64,000 nucleotides of DNA. Source: the human T2T-CHM13v2.0 reference genome, Homo sapiens. A model generated the notes under the pieces. It was not told the DNA's origin. It saw nothing but the letters and a program-made list of their open reading frames with translations, and searched no databases. Positions 14,230 to 29,200 of the stretch are shown here, one piece after another (the stretch's first letter is position 1; each line of letters begins with the position of its first letter). The translations under genes were made by a program, and so were the position numbers. The stretch lies in the NCBI RefSeq assembly GCF_009914755.1, contig NC_060937.1, one strand, 5' to 3'.

Positions 14230-17200
14230 TGTACATGAAATATCAAAGTTCACAAACTATATATTATATACTGTACATAAAATATCAAAGTACCCAAGGT
14301 ATATATTCTATACTGTACAAAAAATATCAAAGTACCCAAAGCATGTATTATATAGTGTATATAAAATATGAAAGTACATCAAATATATATTTAATTCTGT
14401 ACATAAAATATCAAAGTACACCAAATATATATTCTATAGTGTACATTAAATATCAAACTACCCAAACTATACATTATATACTGTACATAAAATATGAAAT
14501 TACATCAAATATATATTAGGTACATAAAATATGAAAGTACATCAAATATAGATTATACACTGTACATAAAATACCAAAGAACCCCAAATATATATTATAT
14601 ACTGTACATGAAATATCAAAGTTCACAAACTATATATTATATACTGTACATAAAATATCAAAGTACCCAAGGTATATATTCTATACTGTACAAAAAATAT
14701 CAAAGTACCCAAAGCATGTATTATATAGTGTATATAAAATATGAAAGTACATCAAATATATATTTAATTCTGTACATAAAATATCAAAGTACACCAAATA
14801 TATATTCTATACTGTACATAAAATATCAAAGTACCCAAACTATACATTATATACTGTACATAAAATATGAAATTACATCAAATATATATTATATTAGGTA
14901 CATAAAATATGAAAGTACATCAAATATAGATTATACACTGTACACAAAATACCAAAGAACCCCAAATATATATTATATACTGTACATGAAATATCAAAGT
15001 TCACAAACTATATATTATATAATGTACATAAAATATCAAAGTACCCAAGGTATATATTCTATACTGTACAAAAAATATCAAAGTACGCAAACATGTATTA
15101 TATACTGTACATAAAATATGAAATTACATCAAATATATATTATATTAGGTACATAAAATATGAAAGTACATCAAATATAGATTATATACTGTACATAAAA
15201 TACCAAAGAACCCCAAATATATATTATATACTGTACATGAAATATCAAAGTTCACAAACTATATATTATATACTGTACATAAAATATCAAAGTACCCAAG
15301 GTATATATTCTATACTGTACAAAAAATATCAAAGTACCCAAAGCATGTATTATATACTGTACATAAAATATGAAAGTACATGAAATATATATTTTATTCT
15401 GTACATAAAATATCAAAGTACACCAAATATATATTCTATAGTGTACATAAAATATCAAAGTACCCAGACTATACATTATATACTGTACATAAAACATGAA
15501 ATTACATCCAATATATATTATATTTGGTACATAAAATATGAAAGTACATCAAATATAAATTATATACTGTACATAAAATACCAAAGTACCCCAAATATAT
15601 ATTATATACTGTACATGAAATATCAAAGTTCACAAACTATATATTATATACTGTACATAAAATATCAAAGTACCCAAGGTATATATTCTATACTGTACAA
15701 AAAATATCAAAGTACCCAAAGCATGTATTATATAGTGTATATAAAATATGAAAGTACATCAAATATATATTTAATTCTGTACATAAAATATCAAAGTACA
15801 CCAAATATATATTCTATAGTGTACATTAAATACCAAACTACCCAAACTATACATTATATACTGTACATAAAATATGAAATTACATCAAATATATATTATA
15901 TTAGGTACATAAAATATGAAAGTACATCAAATATAGATTATACACTGTACATAAAATACCAAAGAACCCCAAATATATATTATATACTGTACATGAAATA
16001 TCAAAGTTCACAAACTATATATTATATACTGTACATAAAATATCAAAGTACCCAAGGTATATATTCTATACTGTACAAAAAATATCAAAGTACCCAAAGC
16101 ATGTATTATATAGTGTATATAAAATATGAAAGTACATCAAATATATATTTAATTCTGTACATAAAATATCAAAGTACACCAAATATATATTCTATACTGT
16201 ACATAAAATATCAAAGTACCCAAACTATACATTATATACTGTACATAAAATATGAAATTACATCAAATATATATTATATTAGGTACATAAAATATGAAAG
16301 TACATCAAATATAGATTATACACTGTACATAAAATACCAAAGAACCCCAAATATATATTATATACTGTACATGAAATATCAAAGTTCACAAACTATATAT
16401 TATATAATGTACATAAAATATCAAAGTACCCAAGGTATATATTCTATACTGTACAAAAAATATCAAAGTACGCAAACATGTATTATATACTGTACATAAA
16501 ATATGAAATTACATCAAATATATATTATATTAGGTACATAAAATATGAAAGTACATCAAATATACATTATATAATGTACATAAAATACCAAAGTACCCCA
16601 AATATATATTATATACTGTACATGAAATATCAAAGTTCACAAACTATATATTATATACTGTACATAAAATATCAAAGTACCGAAGGGATATATTCTATAA
16701 TGTACAAAAAATATCAAAGTACCCAAAGCATGTATTATATACTGTACATAAAATATGAAAGTACATGAAATATATATTTTATTCTGTACATAAAATATCA
16801 AAGTACACCAAATATATATTCTATAGTGTACATAAAATATCAAAGTACCCAGACTATACATTATATACTGTACATAAAACATGAAATTACATCCAATATA
16901 TATTATATTTGGTACATAAAATATCAAAGTACATCAAATATAAATTATATACTGTACATAAAATACCAAAGTACCCCAAATATATATTATATACTGTACA
17001 TGAAATATCAAAGTTCACAAACTATATATTATATACTGTACATAAAATATCAAAGTACCCAAGGTATATATTCTATACTGTACAAAAAATATCAAAGTTC
17101 CCAAAGCATGTATTATATACTGTTAATAAAATATGAAAGTACATCAAATATATATTTAATTCTGTACATAAAATATCAAAGTACACCAAATATATATTCT

Positions 17201-20200
17201 ATAGTGTACATAAAATATCAAAGTACCCAAACTATACATTATATACTGTACATAAAATATGAAATTACATCAAATATATATTATATTAGGTACATAAAAT
17301 ATGAAAGTACATCAAATATAGATTATATACTGTACATAAAATACCAAAGTACCCCAAATACATATTATATACTGTACATGAAATATCAAAGTTCACAAAC
17401 TATATATTGTATACTGTACATAAAATATCAAAGTACCAAAGGGATATATTCTATACTGTAAAAAAATATCAAAGTACCCAAAGCATGCATTATATACTGT
17501 ACATAAAATATGAAAGTACATGAAATATATATTTTATTCTGTACATAAAATATCAAAGTACACCAAATATATATTCTATAGTGTACATAAAATATCAAAG
17601 TACCCAGACTATACATTATATACTGTACATAAAACATGAAATTACATCCAATATATATTATATTAGGTACATAAAATATGAAAGTACATCAAATATAAAT
17701 TATATACTGTACATAAAATACCAAAGTACCCCAAATATATATTATATACTGTACATGAAATATCAAAGTTCACAAACTATATATTATATACTGTACATAA
17801 AATATCAAAGTACCCAAGGTATATATTCTATACTGTACAAAAAATATCAAAGTACCCAAAGCATGTATTATATAGTGTATATAAAATATGAAAGTACATC
17901 AAATATATATTTAATTCTGTACATAAAATATCAAAGTACACCAAATATATATTCTATAGTGTACATTAAATATCAAACTACCCAAACTATACATTATATA
18001 CTGTACATAAAATATGAAATTACATCAAATATATATTATATTAGGTACATAAAATATGAAAGTACATCAAATATAGATTATACACTGTACATAAAATACC
18101 AAAGAACCCCAAATATATATTATATACTGTACATGAAATATCAAAGTTCACAAACTATATATTATATACTGTACATAAAATATCAAAGTACCCAAGGTAT
18201 ATATTCTATACTGTACAAAAAATATCAAAGTACCCAAAGCATGTATTATATAGTGTATATAAAATATGAAAGTACATCAAATATATATTTAATTCTGTAC
18301 ATAAAATATCAAAGTACACCAAATATATATTCTATACTGTACATAAAATATCAAAGTACCCAAACTATACATTATATACTGTACATAAAATATGAAATTA
18401 CATCAAATATATATTATATTAGGTACATAAAATATGAAAGTACATCAAATATAGATTATACACTGTACATAAAATACCAAAGAACCCCAAATATATATTA
18501 TATACTGTACATGAAATATCAAAGTTCACAAACTATATATTATATAATGTACATAAAATATCAAAGTACCCAAGGTATATATTCTATACTGTACAAAAAA
18601 TATCAAAGTACGCAAACATGTATTATATACTGTACATTAAATATGAAATTACATCAAATATATATTATCTTAGGTACATAAAATATGAAAGTACATCAAA
18701 TATACATTATATAATGTACATAAAATACCAAAGTACCCCAAATATATATTATATACTGTACATGAAATATCAAAGTTCACAAACTATATATTATATACTG
18801 TACATAAAATATCAAAGTACCGAAGGGATATATTCTATAATGTACAAAAAATATCAAAGTACCCAAAGCATGTATTATATACTGTACATAAAATATGAAA
18901 GTACATCAAATATATATTTTATTCTGTACATAAAATATCAAAGTACACCAAATATATATTCTATAGTGTACATAAAATATCAAAGTACCCAGACTATACA
19001 TTATATACTGTACATAAAACATGAAATTACATCCAATATATATTATATTTGGTACATAAAATATGAAAGTACATCAAATATAAATTATATACTGTACATA
19101 AAATACCAAAGTACCCCAAATATATATTATATACTGTACATGAAATATCAAAGTTCACAAACTATATATTATATACTGTACATAAAATATCAAAGTACCC
19201 AAGGTATATATTCTATACTGTACAAAAAATATCAAAGTTCCCAAAGCATGTATTATATACTGTTAATAAAATATGAAAGTACATCAAATATATATTTAAT
19301 TCTGTACATAAAATATCAAAGTACACCAAATATATATTCTATAGTGTACATAAAATATCAAAGTACCCAAACTATACATTATATACTGTACATAAAATAT
19401 GAAATTACATCAAATATATATTATATTAGGTACATAAAATATGAAAGTACATCAAATATATATTATATACTGTACATAAAATACCAAAGTACCCCAAATA
19501 CATATTATATACTGTACATGAAATATCAAAGTTCACAAACTATATATTGTATACTGTACATAAAATATCAAAGTACCGAAGGGATATATTCTATAGTGTA
19601 CAAAAAATATCAAAGTACCCAAAGCATGTATTATATACTGTACATAAAATATGAAAGTACATGAAATATATATTTTATTCTGTACATAAAATATCAAAGT
19701 ACACCAAATATATATTCTATAGTGTACATAAAATATCAAAGTACCCAGACTATACATTATATACTGTACATAAAACATGAAATTACATCCAATATATATT
19801 ATATTAGGTACATAAAATATGAAAGTACATCAAATATAAATTATATACTGTACATAAAATACCAAAGTACCCCAAATATATATTATATACTGTACATGAA
19901 ATATCAAAGTTCACAAACTATATATTATATACTGTACATAAAATATCAAAGTACCAAAGGTATATATTCTATACTGTACAAAAAATATCAAAGTACCCAA
20001 AGCATGTATTATATAGTGTATATAAAATATGAAAGTACATCAAATATATATTTAATTCTGTACATAAAATATCAAAGTACACCAAATATATATTCTATAG
20101 TGTACATTAAATATCAAACTACCCAAACTATACATTATATACTGTACATAAAATATGAAATTACATCAAATATATATTATATTAGGTACATAAAATATGA

Positions 20201-23200
20201 AAGTACATCAAATATAGATTATACACTGTACATAAAATACCAAAGAACCCCAAATATATATTATATACTGTACATGAAATATCAAATTTCACAAACTATA
20301 TATTATATACTGTACATAAAATATCAAAGTACCCAAGGTATATATTCTATACTGTACAAAAAATATCAAAGTACCCAAAGCATGTATTATATAGTGTATA
20401 TAAAATATGAAAGTACATCAAATATATATTTAATTCTGTACATAAAATATCAAAGTACACCAAATATATATTCTATACTGTACATAAAATATCAAAGTAC
20501 CCAAACTATACATTATATACTGTACATAAAATATGAAATTACATCAAATATATATTATATTAGGTACATAAAATATGAAAGTACATCAAATATAGATTAT
20601 ACACTGTACATAAAATACCAAAGAACCCCAAATATATATTATATACTGTACATGAAATATCAAAGTTCACAAACTATATATTATATAATGTACATAAAAT
20701 ATCAAAGTACCCAAGGTATATATTCTATACTGTACAAAAAATATCAAAGTACGCAAACATGTATTATATACTGTACATAAAATATGAAATTACATCAAAT
20801 ATATATTATATTAGGTACATAAAATATGAAAGTACATCAAATATAGATTATATACTGTACATAAAATACCAAAGAACCCCAAATATATATTATATACTGT
20901 ACATGAAATATCAAAGTTCACAAACTATATATTATATACTGTACATAAAATATCAAAGTACCCAAGGTATATATTCTATACTGTACAAAAAATATCAAAG
21001 TACCCAAAGCATGTATTATATAGTGTATATAAAATATGAAAGTACATCAAATATATATTTAATTCTGTACATAAAATATCAAAGTACACCAAATATATAT
21101 TCTATACTGTACATAAAATATCAAAGTACCCAAACTATACATTATATACTGTACATAAAATATGAAATTACATCAAATATATATTATATTAGGTACATAA
21201 AATATGAAAGTACATCAAATATAGATTATACACTGTACATAAAATACCAAAGTACCCCAAATATATATTATATACTGTACATGAAATATCAAAGTTCACA
21301 AACTATATATTATATACTGTACATAAAATATCAAAGTACCCAAGGTATATATTCTATACTGTACAAAAAATATCAAAGTTCCCAAAGCATGTATTATATA
21401 CTGTTAATAAAATATGAAAGTACATCAAATATATATTTAATTCTGTACATAAAATATCAAAGTACACCAAATATATATTCTATAGTGTACATAAAATATC
21501 AAAGTACCCAAACTATACATTATATACTGTACATAAAATATGAAATTACATCAAATATATATTATATTAGGTACATAAAATATGAAAGTACATCAAATAT
21601 ATATTATATACTGTACATAAAATACCAAAGTACCCCAAATACATATTATATACTGTACATGAAATATCAAAGTTCACAAACTATATATTGTATACTGTAC
21701 ATAAAATATCAAAGTACCGAAGGGATATATTCTATAGTGTACAAAAAATATCAAAGTACCCAAAGCATGTATTATATACTGTACATAAAATATGAAAGTA
21801 CATGAAATATATATTTTATTCTGTACATAAAATATCAAAGTACACCAAATATATATTCTATAGTGTACATAAAATATCAAAGTACCCAGACTATACATTA
21901 TATACTGTACATAAAACATGAAATTACATCCAATGTATATTATATTAGGTACATAAAATATGAAAGTACATCAAATATAAATTATATACTGTACATAAAA
22001 TACCAAAGTACCCCAAATATATATTATATACTGTACATGAAATATCAAAGTTCACAAACTATATATTATATACTGTACATAAAATATCAAAGTACCAAAG
22101 GTATATATTCTATACTGTACAAAAAATATCAAAGTACCCAAAGCATGTATTATATAGTGTATATAAAATATGAAAGTACATCAAATATATATTTAATTCT
22201 GTACATAAAATATCAAAGTACACCAAATATATATTCTATAGTGTACATTAAATATCAAACTACCCAAACTATACATTATATACTGTACATAAAATATGAA
22301 ATTACATCAAATATATATTATATTAGGTACATAAAATATGAAAGTACATCAAATATAGATTATACACTGTACATAAAATACCAAAGAACCCCAAATATAT
22401 ATTATATACTGTACATGAAATATCAAATTTCACAAACTATATATTATATACTGTACATAAAATATCAAAGTACCCAAGGTATATATTCTATACTGTACAA
22501 AAAATATCAAAGTACCCAAAGCATGTATTATATAGTGTATATAAAATATGAAAGTACATCAAATATATATTTAATTCTGTACATAAAATATCAAAGTACA
22601 CCAAATATATATTCTATACTGTACATAAAATATCAAAGTACCCAAACTATACATTATATACTGTACATAAAATATGAAATTACATCAAATATATATTATA
22701 TTAGGTACATAAAATATGAAAGTACATCAAATATAGATTATACACTGTACATAAAATACCAAAGAACCCCAAATATATATTATATACTGTACATGAAATA
22801 TCAAAGTTCACAAACTATATATTATATAATGTACATAAAATATCAAAGTACCCAAGGTATATATTCTATACTGTACAAAAAATATCAAAGTACGCAAACA
22901 TGTATTATATACTGTACATTAAATATGAAATTACATCAAATATATATTATATTAGGTACATAAAATATGAAAGTACATCAAATATACATTATATAATGTA
23001 CATAAAATACCAAAGTACCCCAAATATATATTATATACTGTACATGAAATATCAAAGTTCACAAACTATATATTATATACTGTACATAAAATATCAAAGT
23101 ACCGAAGGGATATATTCTATAATGTACAAAAAATATCAAAGTACCCAAAGCATGTATTATATACTGTACATAAAATATGAAAGTACATGAAATATATATT

Positions 23201-26200
23201 TTATTCTGTACATAAAATATCAAAGTACACCAAATATATATTCTATAGTGTACATAAAATATCAAAGTACCCAGACTATACATTATATACTGTACATAAA
23301 ACATGAAATTACATCCAATATATATTATATTTGGTACATAAAATATGAAAGTACATCAAATATAAATTATATACTGTACATAAAATACCAAAGTACCCCA
23401 AATATATATTATATACTGTACATGAAATATCAAAGTTCACAAACTATATATTATATACTGTACATAAAATATCAAAGTACCCAAGGTATATATTCTATAC
23501 TGTACAAAAAATATCAAAGTTCCCAAAGCATGTATTATATACTGTTAATAAAATATGAAAGTACATCAAATATATATTTAATTCTGTACATAAAATATCA
23601 AAGTACACCAAATATATATTCTATAGTGTACATAAAATATCAAAGTACCCAAACTATACATTATATACTGTACATAAAATATGAAATTACATCAAATATA
23701 TATTATATTAGGTACATAAAATATGAAAGTACATCAAATATAGATTATATACTGTACATAAAATACCAAAGTACCCCAAATACATATTATATACTGTACA
23801 TGAAATATCAAAGTTCACAAACTATATATTGTATACTGTACATAAAATATCAAAGTACCGAAGGGATATGTTCTATAGTGTACAAAAAATATCAAAGTAC
23901 CCAAAGCATGTATTATATACTGTACATAAAATATGAAAGTACATGAAATATATATTTTATTCTGTACATAAAATATCAAAGTACACCAAATATATATTCT
24001 ATAGTGTACATAAAATATCAAAGTACCCAGACTATACATTATATACTGTACATAAAACATGAAATTACATCCAATATATATTATATTAGGTACATAAAAT
24101 ATGAAAGTACATCAAATATAAATTATATACTGTACATAAAATACCAAAGTACCCCAAATATATATTATATACTGTACATGAAATATCAAAGTTCACAAAC
24201 TATATATTATATACTGTACATAAAATATCAAAGTACCCAAGGTATATATTCTATACTGTACAAAAAATATCAAAGTACCCAAAGCATGTATTATATAGTG
24301 TATATAAAATATGAAAGTACATCAAATATATATTTAATTCTGTACATAAAATATCAAAGTACACCAAATATATATTCTATAGTGTACATTAAATACCAAA
24401 CTACCCAAACTATACATTATATACTGTACATAAAATATGAAATTACATCAAATATATATTATATTAGGTACATAAAATATGAAAGTACATCAAATATAGA
24501 TTATACACTGTACATAAAATACCAAAGAACCCCAAATATATATTATATACTGTACATGAAATATCAAAGTTCACAAACTATATATTATATACTGTACATA
24601 AAATATCAAAGTACCCAAGGTATATATTCTATACTGTACAAAAAATATCAAAGTACCCAAAGCATGTATTATATAGTGTATATAAAATATGAAAGTACAT
24701 CAAATATATATTTAATTCTGTACATAAAATATCAAAGTACACCAAATATATATTCTATACTGTACATAAAATATCAAAGTACCCAAACTATACATTATAT
24801 ACTGTACATAAAATATGAAATTACATCAAATATATATTATATTAGGTACATAAAATATGAAAGTACATCAAATATAGATTATACACTGTACATAAAATAC
24901 CAAAGAACCCCAAATATATATTATATACTGTACATGAAATATCAAAGTTCACAAACTATATATTATATAATGTACATAAAATATCAAAGTACCCAAGGTA
25001 TATATTCTATACTGTACAAAAAATATCAAAGTACGCAAACATGTATTATATACTGTACATAAAATATGAAATTACATCAAATATATATTATATTAGGTAC
25101 ATAAAATATGAAAGTACATCAAATATACATTATATAATGTACATAAAATACCAAAGTACCCCAAATATATATTATATACTGTACATGAAATATCAAAGTT
25201 CACAAACTATATATTATATACTGTACATAAAATATCAAAGTACCGAAGGGATATATTCTATAATGTACAAAAAATATCAAAGTACCCAAAGCATGTATTA
25301 TATACTGTACATAAAATATGAAAGTACATGAAATATATATTTTATTCTGTACATAAAATATCAAAGTACACCAAATATATATTCTATAGTGTACATAAAA
25401 TATCAAAGTACCCAGACTATACATTATATACTGTACATAAAACATGAAATTACATCCAATATATATTATATTTGGTACATAAAATATCAAAGTACATCAA
25501 ATATAAATTATATACTGTACATAAAATACCAAAGTACCCCAAATATATATTATATACTGTACATGAAATATCAAAGTTCACAAACTATATATTATATACT
25601 GTACATAAAATATCAAAGTACCCAAGGTATATATTCTATACTGTACAAAAAATATCAAAGTTCCCAAAGCATGTATTATATACTGTTAATAAAATATGAA
25701 AGTACATCAAATATATATTTAATTCTGTACATAAAATATCAAAGTACACCAAATATATATTCTATAGTGTACATAAAATATCAAAGTACCGAAACTATAC
25801 ATTATATACTGTACATAAAATATGAAATTACATCAAATATATATTATATTAGGTACATAAAATATGAAAGTACATCAAATATAGATTATATACTGTACAT
25901 AAAATACCAAAGTACCCCAAATACATATTATATACTGTACATGAAATATCAAAGTTCACAAACTATATATTGTATACTGTACATAAAATATCAAAGTACC
26001 AAAGGGATATATTCTATACTGTAAAAAAATATCAAAGTACCCAAAGCATGCATTATATACTGTACATAAAATATGAAAGTACATGAAATATATATTTTAT
26101 TCTGTACATAAAATATCAAAGTACACCAAATATATATTCTATAGTGTACATAAAATATCAAAGTACCCAGACTATACATTATATACTGTACATAAAACAT

Positions 26201-29200
26201 GAAATTACATCCAATATATATTATATTAGGTACATAAAATATGAAAGTACATCAAATATAAATTATATACTGTACATAAAATACCAAAGTACCCCAAATA
26301 TATATTATATACTGTACATGAAATATCAAAGTTCACAAACTATATATTATATACTGTACATAAAATATCAAAGTACCCAAGGTATATATTCTATACTGTA
26401 CAAAAAATATCAAAGTACCCAAAGCATGTATTATATAGTGTATATAAAATATGAAAGTACATCAAATATATATTTAATTCTGTACATAAAATATCAAAGT
26501 ACACCAAATATATATTCTATAGTGTACATTAAATATCAAACTACCCAAACTATACATTATATACTGTACATAAAATATGAAATTACATCAAATATATATT
26601 ATATTAGGTACATAAAATATGAAAGTACATCAAATATAGATTATACACTGTACATAAAATACCAAAGAACCCCAAATATATATTATATACTGTACATGAA
26701 ATATCAAAGTTCACAAACTATATATTATATACTGTACATAAAATATCAAAGTACCCAAGGTATATATTCTATACTGTACAAAAAATATCAAAGTACCCAA
26801 AGCATGTATTATATAGTGTATATAAAATATGAAAGTACATCAAATATATATTTAATTCTGTACATAAAATATCAAAGTACACCAAATATATATTCTATAC
26901 TGTACATAAAATATCAAAGTACCCAAACTATACATTATATACTGTACATAAAATATGAAATTACATCAAATATATATTATATTAGGTACATAAAATATGA
27001 AAGTACATCAAATATAGATTATACACTGTACATAAAATACCAAAGAACCCCAAATATATATTATATACTGTACATGAAATATCAAAGTTCACAAACTATA
27101 TATTATATAATGTACATAAAATATCAAAGTACCCAAGGTATATATTCTATACTGTACAAAAAATATCAAAGTACGCAAACATGTATTATATACTGTACAT
27201 TAAATATGAAATTACATCAAATATATATTATCTTAGGTACATAAAATATGAAAGTACATCAAATATACATTATATAATGTACATAAAATACCAAAGTACC
27301 CCAAATATATATTATATACTGTACATGAAATATCAAAGTTCACAAACTATATATTATATACTGTACATAAAATATCAAAGTACCGAAGGGATATATTCTA
27401 TAATGTACAAAAAATATCAAAGTACCCAAAGCATGTATTATATACTGTACATAAAATATGAAAGTACATCAAATATATATTTTATTCTGTACATAAAATA
27501 TCAAAGTACACCAAATATATATTCTATAGTGTACATAAAATATCAAAGTACCCAGACTATACATTATATACTGTACATAAAACATGAAATTACATCCAAT
27601 ATATATTATATTTGGTACATAAAATATGAAAGTACATCAAATATAAATTATATACTGTACATAAAATACCAAAGTACCCCAAATATATATTATATACTGT
27701 ACATGAAATATCAAAGTTCACAAACTATATATTATATACTGTACATAAAATATCAAAGTACCCAAGGTATATATTCTATACTGTACAAAAAATATCAAAG
27801 TTCCCAAAGCATGTATTATATACTGTTAATAAAATATGAAAGTACATCAAATATATATTTAATTCTGTACATAAAATATCAAAGTACACCAAATATATAT
27901 TCTATAGTGTACATAAAATATCAAAGTACCCAAACTATACATTATATACTGTACATAAAATATGAAATTACATCAAATATATATTATATTAGGTACATAA
28001 AATATGAAAGTACATCAAATATATATTATATACTGTACATAAAATACCAAAGTACCCCAAATACATATTATATACTGTACATGAAATATCAAAGTTCACA
28101 AACTATATATTGTATACTGTACATAAAATATCAAAGTACCGAAGGGATATATTCTATACTGTACAAAAAATATCAAAGTACCCAAAGCATGTATTATATA
28201 CTGTACATAAAATATGAAAGTACATGAAATATATATTTTATTCTGTACATAAAATATCAAAGTACACCAAATATATATTCTATAGTGTACATAAAATATC
28301 AAAGTACCCAGACTATACATTATATACTGTACATAAAACATGAAATTACATCCAATATATATTATATTAGGTACATAAAATATGAAAGTACATCAAATAT
28401 AAATTATATACTGTACATAAAATACCAAAGTACCCCAAATATATATTATATACTGTACATGAAATATCAAAGTTCACAAACTATATATTATATACTGTAC
28501 ATAAAATATCAAAGTACCCAAGGTATATATTCTATACTGTACAAAAAATATCAAAGTACCCAAAGCATGTATTATATAGTGTATATAAAATATGAAAGTA
28601 CATCAAATATATATTTAATTCTGTACATAAAATATCAAAGTACACCAAATATATATTCTATAGTGTACATTAAATATCAAACTACCCAAACTATACATTA
28701 TATACTGTACATAAAATATGAAATTACATCAAATATATATTATATTAGGTACATAAAATATGAAAGTACATCAAATATAGATTATATACTGTACATAAAA
28801 TACCAAAGAACCCCAAATATATATTATATACTGTACATGAAATATCAAAGTTCACAAACTATATATTATATACTGTACATAAAATATCAAAGTACCCAAG
28901 GTATATATTCTATACTGTACAAAAAATATCAAAGTACCCAAAGCATGTATTATATAGTGTATATAAAATATGAAAGTACATCAAATATATATTTAATTCT
29001 GTACATAAAATATCAAAGTACACCAAATATATATTCTATACTGTACATAAAATATCAAAGTACCCAAACTATACATTATATACTGTACATAAAATATGAA
29101 ATTACATCAAATATATATTATATTAGGTACATAAAATATGAAAGTACATCAAATATAGATTATACACTGTACATAAAATACCAAAGAACCCCAAATATAT

